A stretch of 61,960 nucleotides of DNA, filler included, from Basidioascus undulatus (GCA_000826855.1; 12 parts of 12 records of this genome joined end to end with filler, not necessarily neighbours in it), one strand, 5' to 3'. Positions 35,318 to 48,358 are shown, counted from the first letter of the whole stretch. Notes: generated from the sequence alone by a model not told the origin. Translations and numbers: made by a program.

Positions 35318-35647
35318 ATGCCATCCCCATCCTCATCACCAGCCCCCACAGCTTGCCTCGTCTGCTCCACAAACACCGTCGCCTACCAGACCGTCCCTTG
35401 CGCACATGCGTACCTGTGCATGAAGTGCGCGATGAAGCAGGCGACAGGGGGAAGGTGCAAGGTCCGCCCGCGTTCTCCCTTCCGCTGCCGGCGCAGAGGA
35501 GCTGAAACGGAGGTGAGTCCGGTGGGTGGGTGGGGACGCCAGGTGTGTAAAGTGATGTTTGGGGAGGTGCGGAAGGTGGGCGTGCAGGAGGAGGATGATG
35601 AGGAATATGAGACCAGTAGTGAGAGAGAGACGGAGGAGGAGACGTGA
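35318..35647 (+). CDS. Small RING-HC (C3HC4) zinc finger protein with an acidic tail
   Basis: CLVC..PCAH..CMKC..CK|VC after removing intron 35462-35542. Confidence 0.8.
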   Translation: MPSPSSSPAPTACLVCSTNTVAYQTVPCAHAYLCMKCAMKQATGGRCKVRPRSPFRCRRRGAETEVSPVGGWGRQVCKVMFGEVRKVGVQEEDDEEYETSSERETEEET

Positions 35648-37982
35648 CGATTGGCCGAAGTGTAGGGCAGCGGACTTGGGGGTGCAGATGTTCCGTAGAG
35701 AAGAGGATTGATACCAACATGATGCATGCTGTCGCCGCACGGTCTCGATCTGGCTTATCGCTGTTACTCGAATAATTAAGCTACATATTCCTTCGAGACC
35801 TGCTGGGAGTATCGAAGACTCTGTCTACGAGGTCGACCACGCAGAAGCGATTAGAAACAACGCGTTGAGACTCTTGAACTCGGGGCCTGAAGTCTCGAGT
35901 CTAGCAGAGTTTGACAGCAGTCCCTGGATGATCGAAATCTCGTGAGCAAGCTGGTCGAAGCAGGCGGTCGATCGATAAGTATCGTGAGCTGCAAAGCGGG
36001 CCAACCCCCAGACACATCCGCTTGTCCATGTCTAATTGAAGAGCTACCAGAACCGCCACCCAATATACGCAAGCTACATCCCAAGCACAACCTCCAGCTG
36101 CGCCACCGCCTGCGGGCGAACAAGAGCGCGAGCGCGACGAGGACAGCGCGCCGAAGAAGGTCGCGAATAACGCGTCGACTGGGCGTCTTGCTTCGGCACG
36201 CCGCGCACCTCGAAGCGCTCGGTCGTCTGCCGCTAGAAGAGGGCGAGCGAAGTGAAGCTGAGGAGGATGAGGGCGACGAAGCGGGGCAGCTCAGCTCCTC
36301 GTTGGAGTCTTCGAGCGCTGCTCGCTGCTCCGGCGCGAGTGTCCGAGTAGAAGTCGAGGCGGTGGAAGGCGCATTGGACGCGTCGAGGACGGCTGGCCGT
36401 CGGTCTGCAATATGTTCAGACACAGCTAAGCGCTCTAGTGGAGAGACGACGGTGGCGAGAAGCCCACCTCATCCAGCATGCCTCTTTCTTGATGATATCA
36501 ACGATCCATCTGGAAAAGCCAAGTGCTTCGACCAAGGTAGTAAGTGGAAGATACAGTCCTTTCGACGCTCGTACAACGCCGTGTCAATGCTTGTAACCAC
36601 CCTGATGTCCGTCAACCTGCCAAACCCTGTTTGTCCATTGTCCTCATCTCCTCCAGCCCTTCCCCTTCTCTTTCGGCGGAGGCTGAGGACGTACGAACCT
36701 ACGCGCGTTGAAGGCGTGCGAGGGCGTTGCGCAAGCTGCGTCGAACTTCGTTCAATCGAAACTCTCCTCTTCCGCCGCGTCCCTCTTCTCCCTCCTCCTT
36801 CCCTTTCCCAACTCCCCAGCGCGCATCACACTCTCACTCGCCTTCCCCGTCCATCCCGTCCCACTCACCCAAACTCAAACACCCCCAGCCGTCGTGGATC
36901 CTCACGCAATTGTCAGAACGCCGGATGTTTGGTCGCCCGCTGACGCGAATGCCCCCGTCGAGCGGGCCGCTCTCGTACCCGCTGCAGTTTGACCGTCGAA
37001 CAAGGGCGCACGGACTTCAGCCGTCGCCCCCCGCCGCCCCCATCCCTTAACCTCGCTCCCCGCGCATGGTCGCCCTCGAGTTGTCTTCGGCTTCTGTTCT
37101 AACACATAAACCGCGCTCGTGGTCCCTCAATTCACACTCCTCGTCGAATCCCCCGCTTTGTCGTCTTGTCCTCCTGTCGTATCGTTTTACGGAACGAGAA
37201 CGAGGACGCCGATCGAAGAGCGGTGGAGCTTCAGTAGACGAGGCGGTGCGGGCGGTGTAGATCAACGTGATCCTCGCTCTCGATCGACACAATTGTCAAC
37301 CCTCGACGCTCACGTCAACCTCCACTGGTCCCTGTCGATCTCGCTTGTTTCAATACACACTCGCGTCCAGAGCGCGTTAAGAGCGAGGGACACCGGTGCG
37401 TTTCTTGCTGTGTGAGGAGCGTGTAAACTGAGAGGCAGCTGACATGTGCGACCCACCCCCAGACCCGGAGTCGTCGTACAGAACTGCTCAAGCTAACTGG
37501 TCGCACGAAGGCAGTCGTGTGCGCGTATGTTTCAAAACGTTTCATGGCACTCTGCGCTGCGTGACACTCAGCTTCGAGACGGTACGAAACTGACTGCATG
37601 TGTGCGGGGATCCTTGCAGGCGAACTACAGGCCGGGATTCTCGCTTTCGAACCTACCCTGTTGAGCTTTTAAAGACCTAGACGACAGCGCGAGTTTTTTT
37701 CCACCATGCAGCCAGCCCAAACGCTGACATCCCCTCCCGTCCCCTCGCAGCATGTCCGCCTACTCGACCTCCACCCCTCCCTCCTCCTGGACCCAAGCGC
37801 TCTCCTACGTCCACCCGAATCCCCAGCGCACCACAGGCCCGCCGCGCTCCGCCAACCTTCCCGCGGCACCCACATCCACATTCATCCTCATATCGCCGCA
37901 GCAGCAGACGCGCTCGCCGTCCTCGTCGTCCACCTTGATCCCCATCTCTCCAAGCCACTGCCACTGCCCCACGCCTTCTTCC

Positions 37983-38082
37983 NNNNNNNNNNNNNNNNNN
38001 NNNNNNNNNNNNNNNNNNNNNNNNNNTTAATTAATTAANNNNNNNNNNNNNNNNNNNNNNNNNNNNNNNNNNNNNNNNNNNN
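37983..38082. other. Artificial contig linker
   Basis: N44-TTAATTAATTAA-N44. Confidence 0.98.
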
Positions 38083-40284
38083 TCATCCTCGTCCGACCCG
38101 CACCCCGCCCCGCCCGTCGCGTATGCCTCCCTGCGCGCCACGGACCCCGACGCCCTCGCGAGGCTGCACCTCGATGACCTTTCGAGGCTTGTCCACTTGC
38201 GCACGCGTCTGGCGCCGGGCGTGATTCCATTTGTGGCGAAGGATTTGGTCCAGGGGCGACTGCTCCCTGATGCGGCGGAGGGGAAGGGGAGGCGGGAGCT
38301 CGCGCGGGAGCTGCTCGCGCGCGCGGTACGAGATGAGAGTATGTTGTTGGATAGGGAGACGTTTTTGGACTTGGTGGAGCTGGGGTATGGGAGGGAGGGG
38401 GAGGGTGACCGGCCCCTAGACCCCACGCTCGTCGAGCCCTTCATCGAGGAGCTGCTCGCTTCCTCGCCGACCCCGAGGCTGTTCGGACTCCTCGCGGCCC
38501 ACCTTTCCGCCAACCTCGAGTCGCTCTCGGCCTACTCGGACGAGGTATTCCCCGTTCCGGCTTTCCGACTCTTCCCCTGGCTCCTGGCCCACCCGGACGG
38601 CGGGCAGTACGCTTTGCAGCTCTTTACCGCGCTCTCGCAGCAGGGATACATCCCAGAGGGTGCGACTTCTTCGTCCTCCTCCTCCTCTGGCGAAGCGGAC
38701 AGCCCCCGCGCGTTCCACTGTCTCATCCTCACCTCCTGCGTGCGCGCCGCGCTAGCCTCGTCCGAAACGGTCCTAGCCTGCGAGCTCCTCGCGTCCCTCC
38801 CGCCCAACATCGACCACTATCCCACCGACCTTCTCCGCGACGTCGCCTCCCACCTCCTCACAAACAACTCCACCCCCACCCTTTCTGCGCTCGTCGACCT
38901 CCTCAGCGCCTACCCCGCGTCCCAGCCTTCCGCCCCGCTCCTCCCGTCTGACCTCCTCACACGGACATACCGCGTCCTGACAGACGCGGGCCTCGTGCAC
39001 CTCCTCTCAACACTCTACCACGCTCTCCCGCCCGAGTTGTACGGCCCCCCGCCCCCGAACGCTTTCGTTGCGCTCCTCAGACACCTCGCGCGCACCGCAT
39101 CACGGCAACAAGTCAGGGCGCTCGCGCGCCACGCCCTCCAACAAGGGCCCGACGCCGTCCCGTCAGCATATCGTCCGCTCGTCGTCTCCCTCCTCGCCTC
39201 CGCGGGCGTCGGCTTTGAAGCCCGCGAGTTCTACGACCTCTTCTCCGCCTCCCCCTCCTCCGACGCCACCGAACTGTTCCTCGGCAACACGCGCATGCTG
39301 CTCGACATCGTGCGCTATTTTACGCGGCCCTCCTCCCCAACCCCGCACGGACGCAGCCCCGAAGAAATCGCCGCCGACCACGCCTTCGCCGCGCGCGCGC
39401 TCGACATCTACCTCGCGACCAAACCGACGCTCGACCTCCCGCACACGCACCTCACCTCCCTCGCACGCGCGTGCCTTGCGCTCGGCAACCTCCCGGGGGC
39501 GCTCTCGATCTTCCGCCACATGCTCACGCAGCGCATCGTGCCCGACCGAGCGGACGTGAACGTCGTCCTCCTCGGGATTGCCGACCAGTCCCCGCGCGCT
39601 GCGGCGCGCCTCTTCGACGGCGCGCTGAAGCGCGGGTTCGTCCCGGACTCGACGACGTACGGGACGCTGGTGGCGCGCGCGCTCGAGATCGGTGACGAGG
39701 AGCTCGCGCGCGAGTTCATGCGCGACGCGGCGTTGCGCAAGGTCCGCTTGTCCGGCGAGGGCATGGTCGCGCTCTTCCGGTTCGCGATCTCCAGCGGAAG
39801 GGACGTGATGGTTTCGCTCAAGGACGCGTTCCACACCGGGCGCGTGAAGCCCTCCGTGGACCTCCTCCGCCGCGCGCTCGATGCCGCCCTCCACCGGAGC
39901 GCATCGACGAAGGAGATCATGGGCTTGGTGGAGCTTTGTGCTGCGCAACAGTGCCTGGACGACCGGGCGCGCCGGCACGCGCTGGCGGTTGTGAAGAACC
40001 GCGGGCGGGAGGGTGCGGGCTGCGTGGATCGCCTGCTAGGGTTGCCACCGGTTCTGAGCACGCGCACGACGCTGGATGCGTTTTGGTGGGCGTATGTGGA
40101 GAGGAAGGATGAGGCGGGAGCGAGGAGGGTGCGGGTTATGTATGGGAGGGAGAAGGCGGAGGAGGGGGAGCCGGATTGGGAGGCAGCGAAGGAGCGCCGG
40201 GTCCGGGAGGAGGTAAGGGAGAGGGGGAGAGCATGGTGGGTTGATTGGAGGGAGGCGGACATGGCCACGAGAGGGATTGAGTAG
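38083..40284 (+). CDS. Pentatricopeptide repeat protein, probably mitochondrial, 5' truncated
   Basis: Frame open from the contig start; tandem ~35-aa repeats such as HLTSLARACLALGNLPGALSIFRHMLTQRIVPD and TYGTLVARALEIGDEELAREFMRDA. Confidence 0.8.
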   Translation, partial: SSSSDPHPAPPVAYASLRATDPDALARLHLDDLSRLVHLRTRLAPGVIPFVAKDLVQGRLLPDAAEGKGRRELARELLARAVRDESMLLDRETFLDLVELGYGREGEGDRPLDPTLVEPFIEELLASSPTPRLFGLLAAHLSANLESLSAYSDEVFPVPAFRLFPWLLAHPDGGQYALQLFTALSQQGYIPEGATSSSSSSSGEADSPRAFHCLILTSCVRAALASSETVLACELLASLPPNIDHYPTDLLRDVASHLLTNNSTPTLSALVDLLSAYPASQPSAPLLPSDLLTRTYRVLTDAGLVHLLSTLYHALPPELYGPPPPNAFVALLRHLARTASRQQVRALARHALQQGPDAVPSAYRPLVVSLLASAGVGFEAREFYDLFSASPSSDATELFLGNTRMLLDIVRYFTRPSSPTPHGRSPEEIAADHAFAARALDIYLATKPTLDLPHTHLTSLARACLALGNLPGALSIFRHMLTQRIVPDRADVNVVLLGIADQSPRAAARLFDGALKRGFVPDSTTYGTLVARALEIGDEELAREFMRDAALRKVRLSGEGMVALFRFAISSGRDVMVSLKDAFHTGRVKPSVDLLRRALDAALHRSASTKEIMGLVELCAAQQCLDDRARRHALAVVKNRGREGAGCVDRLLGLPPVLSTRTTLDAFWWAYVERKDEAGARRVRVMYGREKAEEGEPDWEAAKERRVREEVRERGRAWWVDWREADMATRGIE

Positions 40285-41391
40285 AGCTGGATAGATGGAT
40301 ATGTGGTGAGATCGGAACGAGATTCGAGTGTGTGGTGCCTGCGCAGGGGTGCGTGTAGATGTGCTTTTTCGTCAATCGGTGGGAAGCACGCTGCGGTATG
40401 CACGTTTAGCTGGCTCGCTACAGCCCTTTGACCGGGCTACCAGTCGATCCATTGGATGTTGGGTCTGCTGTTTAAACATGGAGCTGAGGATCAAGTTTTC
40501 GCGTAAAGACGCCGGACATGGTTGACGCGTTGTGCCGAAAACTACTGAGGCTCCATCCGGCACTTTGATCGCACACCGAGGTCAGGTGGATCCACGCATC
40601 TTGAAGTAATACTCGCTACTCGAGGTGTGGTTGAATAAACGCAAAGGACGCAGCCAACCCAAGTGCATCACCAGGCGTCTTGGGAGTCTTTTAAAAGAAA
40701 TTTCGGCGCAAACTGCCTAAGAATTCTTTTGAACCTGTAAAGAAGGCTTATTCTTTTCACGAATCTTTCTGTTCCTTGTTCTCGGCGTCCAAACTTCGAG
40801 GGAGTAAAGCTGTGGCTAGTCTGCGGACGTTGTCCATGCTGACCAAACCACCAGTCGCGAGAGTTAATGCAGTACTGAAACTTTGCACAAGTTAGCAGCA
40901 GTCCAACTCTGGAACCGCGAAAGATTCACTTCAGAAAACAGATGGCAGTTCTCCGGGCTGCAGAAACGCCGAGCGTTGCGCTTCGGTGTTAAAAAAGTCA
41001 ACTCTTTCCGGCAACAATCTCTCCCGGCTTAAAGCTGGTACTGGGAAAGGACGTCCGTTGTGAACTTCCCCGTCGGTCTATTGCAAACAGGCAGCCATTG
41101 AGCAAGAGGGGCACGAAACCTAAGGGGGCTCCTCGCCCTTCACCCGCCCAGGCAGGAAAGCCACCAGAGTTCTGAGTATCTGCCAACCTTTTCCCTTCTT
41201 GCTCAAGGCTGTTTCCAGGAGGACCAACATTTGAGCAATGCCGCCACGGCTACAGACTTCCACCTTCGATTCCCAGGCAGGATGGGCTTTTGAAATGAAA
41301 CTGTGCAAGATTTCTTGTTGCCAGCATGTGGAAACTGTGCAATGCGGAGTACATAAGGGCAAGAAGGGGAGTGTCCGGGTTGCGAAATGCG

Positions 41392-41491
41392 NNNNNNNNN
41401 NNNNNNNNNNNNNNNNNNNNNNNNNNNNNNNNNNNTTAATTAATTAANNNNNNNNNNNNNNNNNNNNNNNNNNNNNNNNNNNNNNNNNNNN
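41392..41491. other. Artificial contig linker
   Basis: N44-TTAATTAATTAA-N44. Confidence 0.98.
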
Positions 41492-42017
41492 GTGCACAGG
41501 TCGAGGACGAGTGCAGTGTTATGGACGCGAGGGAGATGGAGGATGCGGAGGCGCCGGCGTTGTTGGCGAGCGCGGTGAGGGACGTCGTGGAGGATGGGGA
41601 GGACGACAGGAGCGGCGGGGGCGTCTCCTCGCCCTTGTGTGGTACGGATGAGCGCGAAAAGTAGACGACTTTGGCGAGCGAGCCTCCGATCTGCCCATGC
41701 CCACACGTCAGTCAGCCTATCCCCAACGGATTGCCATGGGCTTCGCACGACTCACGTCCACGGCGATGTGCGATACAGGTTCGATATGATTAGGCAGGTA
41801 AATCCCTCGACTATCCCGAGTCTGCCAAAGCGTCAGCCTCCTCCGTCAGCGCCCTAGCTGCCCAGCAAGCCGTTGGGGAGACGCGCACCTCAGGCGAGTC
41901 TTCCTGGACGATCTGCGCCCCGCGTGTGTCGACCGCGACTGTGCGCGGGTCCGGGATCTTTGGGTGGATCACCACCGGCTGCGACGATGATGCTGCTGCT
42001 GCCGTAGGCGCCGTCAT
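41492..42017 (-). CDS. CAB1: Type II pantothenate kinase, 5' part only
   Basis: Spliced VDTRGAQIVQEDSPE|TRDSRGIYLPNHIEPVSHIAVD|IGGSLAKVVYF (DIGGSLxK ATP-binding motif). Confidence 0.9.
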
Positions 42018-42575
42018 TGTTTGCGATAGCGACGACGAGAGATTGGGCGGCGAGGCGGTGGGCGGTGAGCTGAGAAGCGAGCGTTGAGTGTCTTCCCGCG
42101 TCCGTGCTCGACCTCCGGTGAGATTATCGGCCGGCCGGCTGCGACTTGCAGCCGACTCAGCTGCCCTCCTCCTTCGGACCAGCCCGGAGCGCTGCGTTTC
42201 TACACCTGCCTCGCTTGCAATCGCTTGCACTACCGCTCGTGCTAATACATGAAGCGAACGAAAGCAGTGTGGGTGCTTGCATCATATGCGCAGACGCGAA
42301 TACATGTCCGAGAAACGCCTGTGGGATGTTGGCAGGCGGGCCTCCGCTGAGGCAGTCTCCGAATCAGACTGTGCCATCGTTCAGTGCATATGCATGTGCA
42401 GACTACAAGGCAGAGAAACGGTCGAGGTAGCAATTTAAGCTTGGCCTTCCTACTCTTCCCTACCAGGCCTTGTGTGGGAGTGTGTGCTGTGTGTAGCCAA
42501 TTGCAAGACGCTGCGCCACGAAGCCTAAAGAATTCACACTGGGATCAACTCACTGCTTCGATCAATCCATCAATC

Positions 42576-43783
42576 ATGGCGCAGCTGAACGCCCTGCCCG
42601 ACGAGATGCTCATGGCCATCGGGTCGCGTCTCAGCGACGCAGACGATCTTGCCAGTCTCTCTCGCCTCTCGGCGTCTGCACGCCATAGCAGAGCCCTTTC
42701 TCTACCACCGTGCAGCACTTGGTCACGACAACCTTTCATTATTAGTTCATTCGCTTAAAAACCGCCCAGCGCTCGCAGCGCACGTACGCGAGCTTGACAT
42801 CGATTTGTCCAATCATCTTGAGGACTGACTCGGACGACGAAGAAGCTTGCCGTGTCGTGAGTGGCAGCTCGACGAACGACATCCTGGACCTCTTTCGCAT
42901 CCTTCCGGGGGTGGACTCTCTTTGCTTCAGCCAACCGTGAGCTTCGCGTGTTTGAGCGAAAATTTCTACGCGCCGCCCCTCGACGTGCAGAAGTGCCTGC
43001 ACTCTGCGCAAACTGAGCTTAAAGACTCACAGACCCGTGCTCATTACACTCTGGTGGAAGTCGTGTCCTGTCTGGCTCTGCCTTCTCTCCTCATTCTCTC
43101 CATGAGCGGAACCACACTCTGTACGGAGCGGCCCGGATACGACGAGGCCGGCCTCGCCGCGCTGAGGGGTGCCTCGTCCATTACCTGCCTGAGCCTGTGG
43201 GACTGCATGGACGCCTATTATTAGGATCGTCTGATGGGGGTTCTTCAGATCCCTCGCCGTCTCGACCGGCTGGCGTATAACTGGGACTCTTCCAGGCCGG
43301 ACCATGGGGAAGCACTCGATTGCGTGAAGCTCCACACTGCGCTTGCCAACTCACGCCGCTCAATCACCTGTCTTAACTGCAAACTGGTTACCCCGCATGC
43401 GGCTTTGGGTCTCTCCTACACAGCTACACAGCTTTGCGCTATCTCACATTGAGCAGCCCCATTATTTTCGGCGCAAGCCGGCGAAGCATCTGCTTGGCGC
43501 GCTTCCACCCGGCCTGATATCGCTTGAGCTCTTCATGGCCTCCCCTTACGAGCACCGCTTCGAGCCTCTGGTAGACCTTATCAATTACAAGGACGTCATC
43601 ATACCTGCTCTTGAAACGCTCGCGATCCATTGTTGGGAATGGAAATCGAAGGACTCCGCCGGCCGCAAACGGTTGCGCCAGGCCTGCCTCCTCGCGGGCG
43701 TACGAGGCGGCGGGGAGCTGAAGGATGAGAAGAAGAAGCACTGTGAGTTCGAGCCTATACACTTCCCATACGATGGCGAGTGA
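42576..43783 (+). pseudogene. F-box / LRR-like gene, disrupted
   Basis: MAQLNALPDEMLMAIGSRL (F-box); in-frame TAG 43222-43224 between two same-frame ORFs; frame switch near 43400 into LPPGLISLEL..IPALETLAI. Confidence 0.65.
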
Positions 43784-44825
43784 TCTGACGTACGCACCTT
43801 CACCTAGAGCCTAGGAAAGATCGTGGGGTCGCGTCAGTGGTTGGTCTTGAAACGGGACTGGAGTGTAATTGACTGAAAGACGCGCACCAGCAAGTGCGGG
43901 AGGATTTACTGCATCTAAATGGACTCGAAGGTCTTGCGGTGGCTCCGCCGTGTCCAGCCTGCTGCAAGCTCAAGGGCAAGAGCCTTGAAGTCGCCTTGAA
44001 GGCGAAATCAGACTTCTGTGAAGGAATAAGAAAGGAATATGCTCTGAAATTGGCTGTGTCGGCTGGTATGGTCAGAGAGCGGGTTGCAGCGGCAGCCGGA
44101 AGTTTGTGCACTGATACCTGCAAAGAGGCCAGAGGGACCTCGGCCTCGAAAAACTACAAGTTTTTGTACTATTGCTCTTCTATTGCATTACTTGATACCA
44201 AAAGGGGACCTCATTACCCCCAGACAGACGCAGGGAGCTGTCAGCTAGCCTACTAACTGCATGGACATCTGGCTTTGCATGGCGCTAGTCGAGATGTGCT
44301 CGGCGCTCGCAGGGAACGATGCAGACTATTCGCTCACATTATTTAAGGAAACTCAAAGACACAAGAGATCTCATTACTCGAGAAGAAAACGCGAACACAA
44401 CGCCTAATAAGCGGCAATGCTGCCACGCAGTTCAGTAATGGTGCCGGTGCTCGTGCAGTCTTATGCCTCCAGTCCCTCTCCCTCTTTCTGCCGAGTAAAA
44501 ATCTTCAAGTGGGGTCTTCTTGTGGGAATATACAGACTGTACCCGGTGCAGCAGCCATTGCGGCCCGCGGGACCGTCCATGCGTGCACCTCCAGACCGAA
44601 GGAAATCCAAGAAACAACACAAGCAGCGACAGCGAGAATAACAACGATGTTGGGTAATGACTGGGCGAAACAACACAACACAGCGATAATGACGACGAAC
44701 AATAAAAGAATGCAGCAGCGAGCGGCGCGAAATGCAGAGCTGATAATGCCCAAAAACCAAGAGGCGGACGACCCCCACTTGTCCGTCCCTCCATCTCCGC
44801 TACTCCCCCCCTCCCCCACCTCAGC

Positions 44826-44925
44826 NNNNNNNNNNNNNNNNNNNNNNNNNNNNNNNNNNNNNNNNNNNNTTAATTAATTAANNNNNNNNNNNNNNNNNNN
44901 NNNNNNNNNNNNNNNNNNNNNNNNN
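44826..44925. other. Artificial contig linker
   Basis: N44-TTAATTAATTAA-N44. Confidence 0.98.
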
Positions 44926-45452
44926 GGGGCGCGGGGGAGAGGTGCGAGAGGTAGGATGCTACGTCGGGGTGCTCGTTTTCGAGGGCGATGTGCTCTGCGG
45001 CCTGCAGGATAAAAAAGGGTGCGTAAGTCCAAGAGAGAGGGGAAAGGGGATGGGACAACGCACCGTCCTCCCCTCCGTATTCCGCACGCTCGTGTCCGCT
45101 CCGAGCTCCTCCACGAGCAGCCTGGCCACCTCGACGTCCTCCACGACAAACAGGCACGTCTCGCCATCGCCGTCGGTGAGGTTGACGTTTGCGCCGGCCT
45201 CGTGGACAAGGAAGCGGAGGATGTCCGGGTGACCCCAGGACGCGGCGGCGTGGAGGGCCGAGTATGCATTGGAATCGAGGGCGTTGGGGGAGACGCCGCT
45301 TTCGATGAGGGACCGCACGCGGGGGAGGTCGCCGTCGGAGGCGGCTGGGTGTGGAGGAGGGTGAGGAGGAGAAGGGAAGGGGGAGGAGGGGGAAAGGAAG
45401 ACACACCGAGCCAGATGTTGGATTCTGATGAATCTTGGGTTGCTGAAACCAT
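44926..45452 (-). CDS. Ankyrin repeat protein (YCR051W-like), 3' truncated
   Basis: NIWL|AASDGDLPRVRSLI..YSALHAAASWGHPDILRFLV..GANVNLTDGDGETCLFVVE. Confidence 0.9.
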
Positions 45453-45836
45453 GATTTGTGTGAAGTTTGGATGAGAGATGGGAGACGGTCAACCCAGGCC
45501 CAAGCTTGGCAAGCGAGAAGGCGGTGGGCAAAGCCGTGGGAATTTGCTTTCACTAGTAATCAACACTCACTTGATAGCCCCTGAAATTGGACGTCAATAA
45601 CACGCGTCAGGGGCGGGGTGCGCGCGCTGTGTGCACCGCCTCTCGCCGTCCCCTCCATCCGCTTTCCATCCCGCCGTTCGTTCTCTCTCCCAAACAACGG
45701 CAAATTGCGCGGGAGGTCCGCTGAACCTTGCTCTTTCTGGGTCGTAGAATTGTAGAGGCAGCGGTTGAGTGAGTGTACTTTCGTTCTGACACTCACCATC
45801 CCCACTGGTACTCCTGCTCCTGCTGCCACTGACACG

Positions 45837-48258
45837 ATGGACCTCCTCCGCCGCCGATTCTCTTCCTCGTCGATCTCCTCGCCGCCGCTTCCAGATATTC
45901 CATCCCCATCCACAACCTTCCCACCCGCCTCTGCGTCCTCCCCCTCGCACACATACAAAGTCTCATTCTCGACCCGGGCAGACTCCATCATCGGGACGTC
46001 TTCGCCCGTGCCCACACCCACCCCTGCCCCACCCTCGCCCCTCAACCGCTCCTTCACCTCACCATCCCGAACCATGCTCCGCACCTCGGACTCGTCCTCC
46101 ACCGCCTCCGCCTCGGGCCCGCGTCGCTTCTCCCTCGGCCAGGGGCGGCCTTCCTCCGGCGCCGTCCCCGCGCTCCAAGACCGCAGCGCCTCTTCCCCCG
46201 CCGCCGTGCCTGGGCCGCCCAAACGCGGCCGCGAAGCGCTAGACGAGCTTCACCCGCTCTTGACCCTCGTCCACGCCCACCAGAACAAGGCCTACTTCTC
46301 GGGCTACCTCGCCAAGCGTGACGTCCTCTCGTCCGAGGGCAAGCCCCTCCGCGACGGCGACCCGCGCGCGCAGTTTGAGGAGGTGTTCGCACAGCTGCTC
46401 GGCACTACGCTTAGCGTGTGGGTCAAGAAGGATATGGACGAGGCGGCCGCGAGGGGGTCGGAGGTCCCGCCGAAGTGTGCGTTCCCCCCTCTCCCCTTCC
46501 CCTCTCCAGCTATCGTCCATTCTCTGCCTAGGAACTTATGTGAGGAAGTATGGGTGTTCCAGACATCAACATCACCGACGCGCACGCCGAGGCACTCGGC
46601 CTGGTGAACGACCGCGGCCGCCCCATGCAGAACGTGTTCGTGCTCAACTCGGCTGGGCTGAACCGGCAAGAGTTTAGCGCGCCGAGCGCACGGGACCTGA
46701 TCTCATGGGTGCACGCCATCCGTCTAGCGATCTGTGAGAAGAAGCGGCTGGAGGTGCATTCTCTCCTTCCCTCTGCCTCCCCGCGCAAGTTGCTAATGGC
46801 CCTGTTGCGCTCGACCAGGAAATCTACACGGCCCATTTGTTGCGCGTCCAGCAGTTCAACGTCCCCAGCGCGGTCCCCCCCAACCCGGGCAGCCCGCCGT
46901 GGGCCGAGCCAAAGACGCCGCTCGTCAAGGGGAAGATGGAGGGCTGGGTGCGCGCGCGGTTCATGGGCAGCAGCAGCTGGACCAAGTACTGGCTTGGTGC
47001 GCACTCCTTCCCCTCCCTCTCCCTCACCTCCCACTAATCCCCCCGAACACAGTCCTCACCGACCACCGGCCCGAAGACCGCAAGCGCTCCTTCTTCGGCT
47101 CCTCCTCCTCCTCGCCCACGCCCTTCCCTTCCGACTCCGCCCCGTCCTCCGCGCGCGCGACCTTCCCTTCCCCGCCCAATGCCCGCGCACTCGCCGCGTT
47201 CTACACCACCAAGGCGCCCAAGCGGTCTGCGAAGCCGGCGCGCGCGCTCGAGGTCGTCACCCAGGCATTCGCGGTGTTTCCCGAGAAGACGGAGCTGATT
47301 AGGCAGAGCACACTGCTCAAGGTCGAGGGGATGTATGTACCTGGTGAGGAGGGGGCGCCGGGCAGGGACGAGGGATGGTGTATGATCATGCCCGAGCTCG
47401 AGGAGGGCCGCCCGCCGCTCACGGCGTGGAACGAGATGCTGCGATGGGTTATCGGTGCGTTGGCGTTATTTTCCTAGTAACTTGGGCGCGTCCTGCTCAC
47501 ATCCTGCACTCTGCGAGAACAGGCTTCCACGATGCATTCGAGCTCTACGGGCGTCCAGCGGGGTACAACTTTGACCCGAAAGACGCGCGCTCGATGTTCT
47601 TCGCCTACCCCTTCGGGCCCTTCCGAGACGTACGTCCTCCCTCGCCTTCCCGAAACCACGCACCCGAAGCTCACCCACCCCCTCGCCCACCAGCGCCTCT
47701 TCCTCGACCGCACGCTAGCCGAGCAGGCTGACATCCGCGAGACGCGCGGCTGGGCGATCCACCAGGGCCTCCTCCAGATCCTGCACCACCGGATGAAGCT
47801 CGCCGAGCAGCAGCGGCGCCTCTCGTCCTCGACGTCTGCCTCTCCCTCGCAGTCGTTCGACTCGCCCCGCCGCTCGAGTGACGACCTCCGCTCCCCGCCG
47901 CCGACGATGCGCTCCGCGTCCGGCTCCGCCCCGCCCGTCCTCCCACCCATCACGGAGAGCGGGGATCCTAGCCCCGCGGAGAGCTGGGGGAGCCGCCCGC
48001 CGGAGCTGAGGGGCGCGCAGGCGCTGCTGGAGAGGGAGGAGGCGGGGGCGAACGCCGTGCCGCACGTTTATGTGAAGGTCGACGAGGAGACATCGCCGCC
48101 CCCGGACCCTGCGACGTTCTCCCCGGGCCAGCAGTCCTTCGCGTCGCAGTACTCGCAGCCCTCGTTCGCCGGCCCGCTTTCGCCCGCCCAGACATCCTCC
48201 CCGCCTACCTCCCCCCCGTCTTCCTCCACACGCTTTCCTCTCATATGCCTGGGCATTC
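45837..48258 (+). CDS. CAF120: Skg3/Caf120-like tandem PH-domain protein, 3' truncated
   Basis: HAHQNKAYFSGY, AQLLGTTLSVW, YINITDA, WVHAIRLAICEKKRLEEIYTAHL, EGWVRARF, AFAVFPE..STLLKVEG, DAFELYGRP. Confidence 0.85.
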
Positions 48259-48358
48259 NNNNNNNNNNNNNNNNNNNNNNNNNNNNNNNNNNNNNNNNNN
48301 NNTTAATTAATTAANNNNNNNNNNNNNNNNNNNNNNNNNNNNNNNNNNNNNNNNNNNN
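48259..48358. other. Artificial contig linker
   Basis: N44-TTAATTAATTAA-N44. Confidence 0.98.

Noticed and set aside
35851..36943. ORFs of 190 aa (-) and 333 aa (+)
   Set aside because: Low complexity, no domain, and I could not build a consistent spliced model.
39163..40403. Long antisense ORFs over the PPR gene and similar ones over GPN3, ELP1 and AIM32
   Set aside because: Shadow ORFs caused by high GC3 on the coding strand; no motifs.
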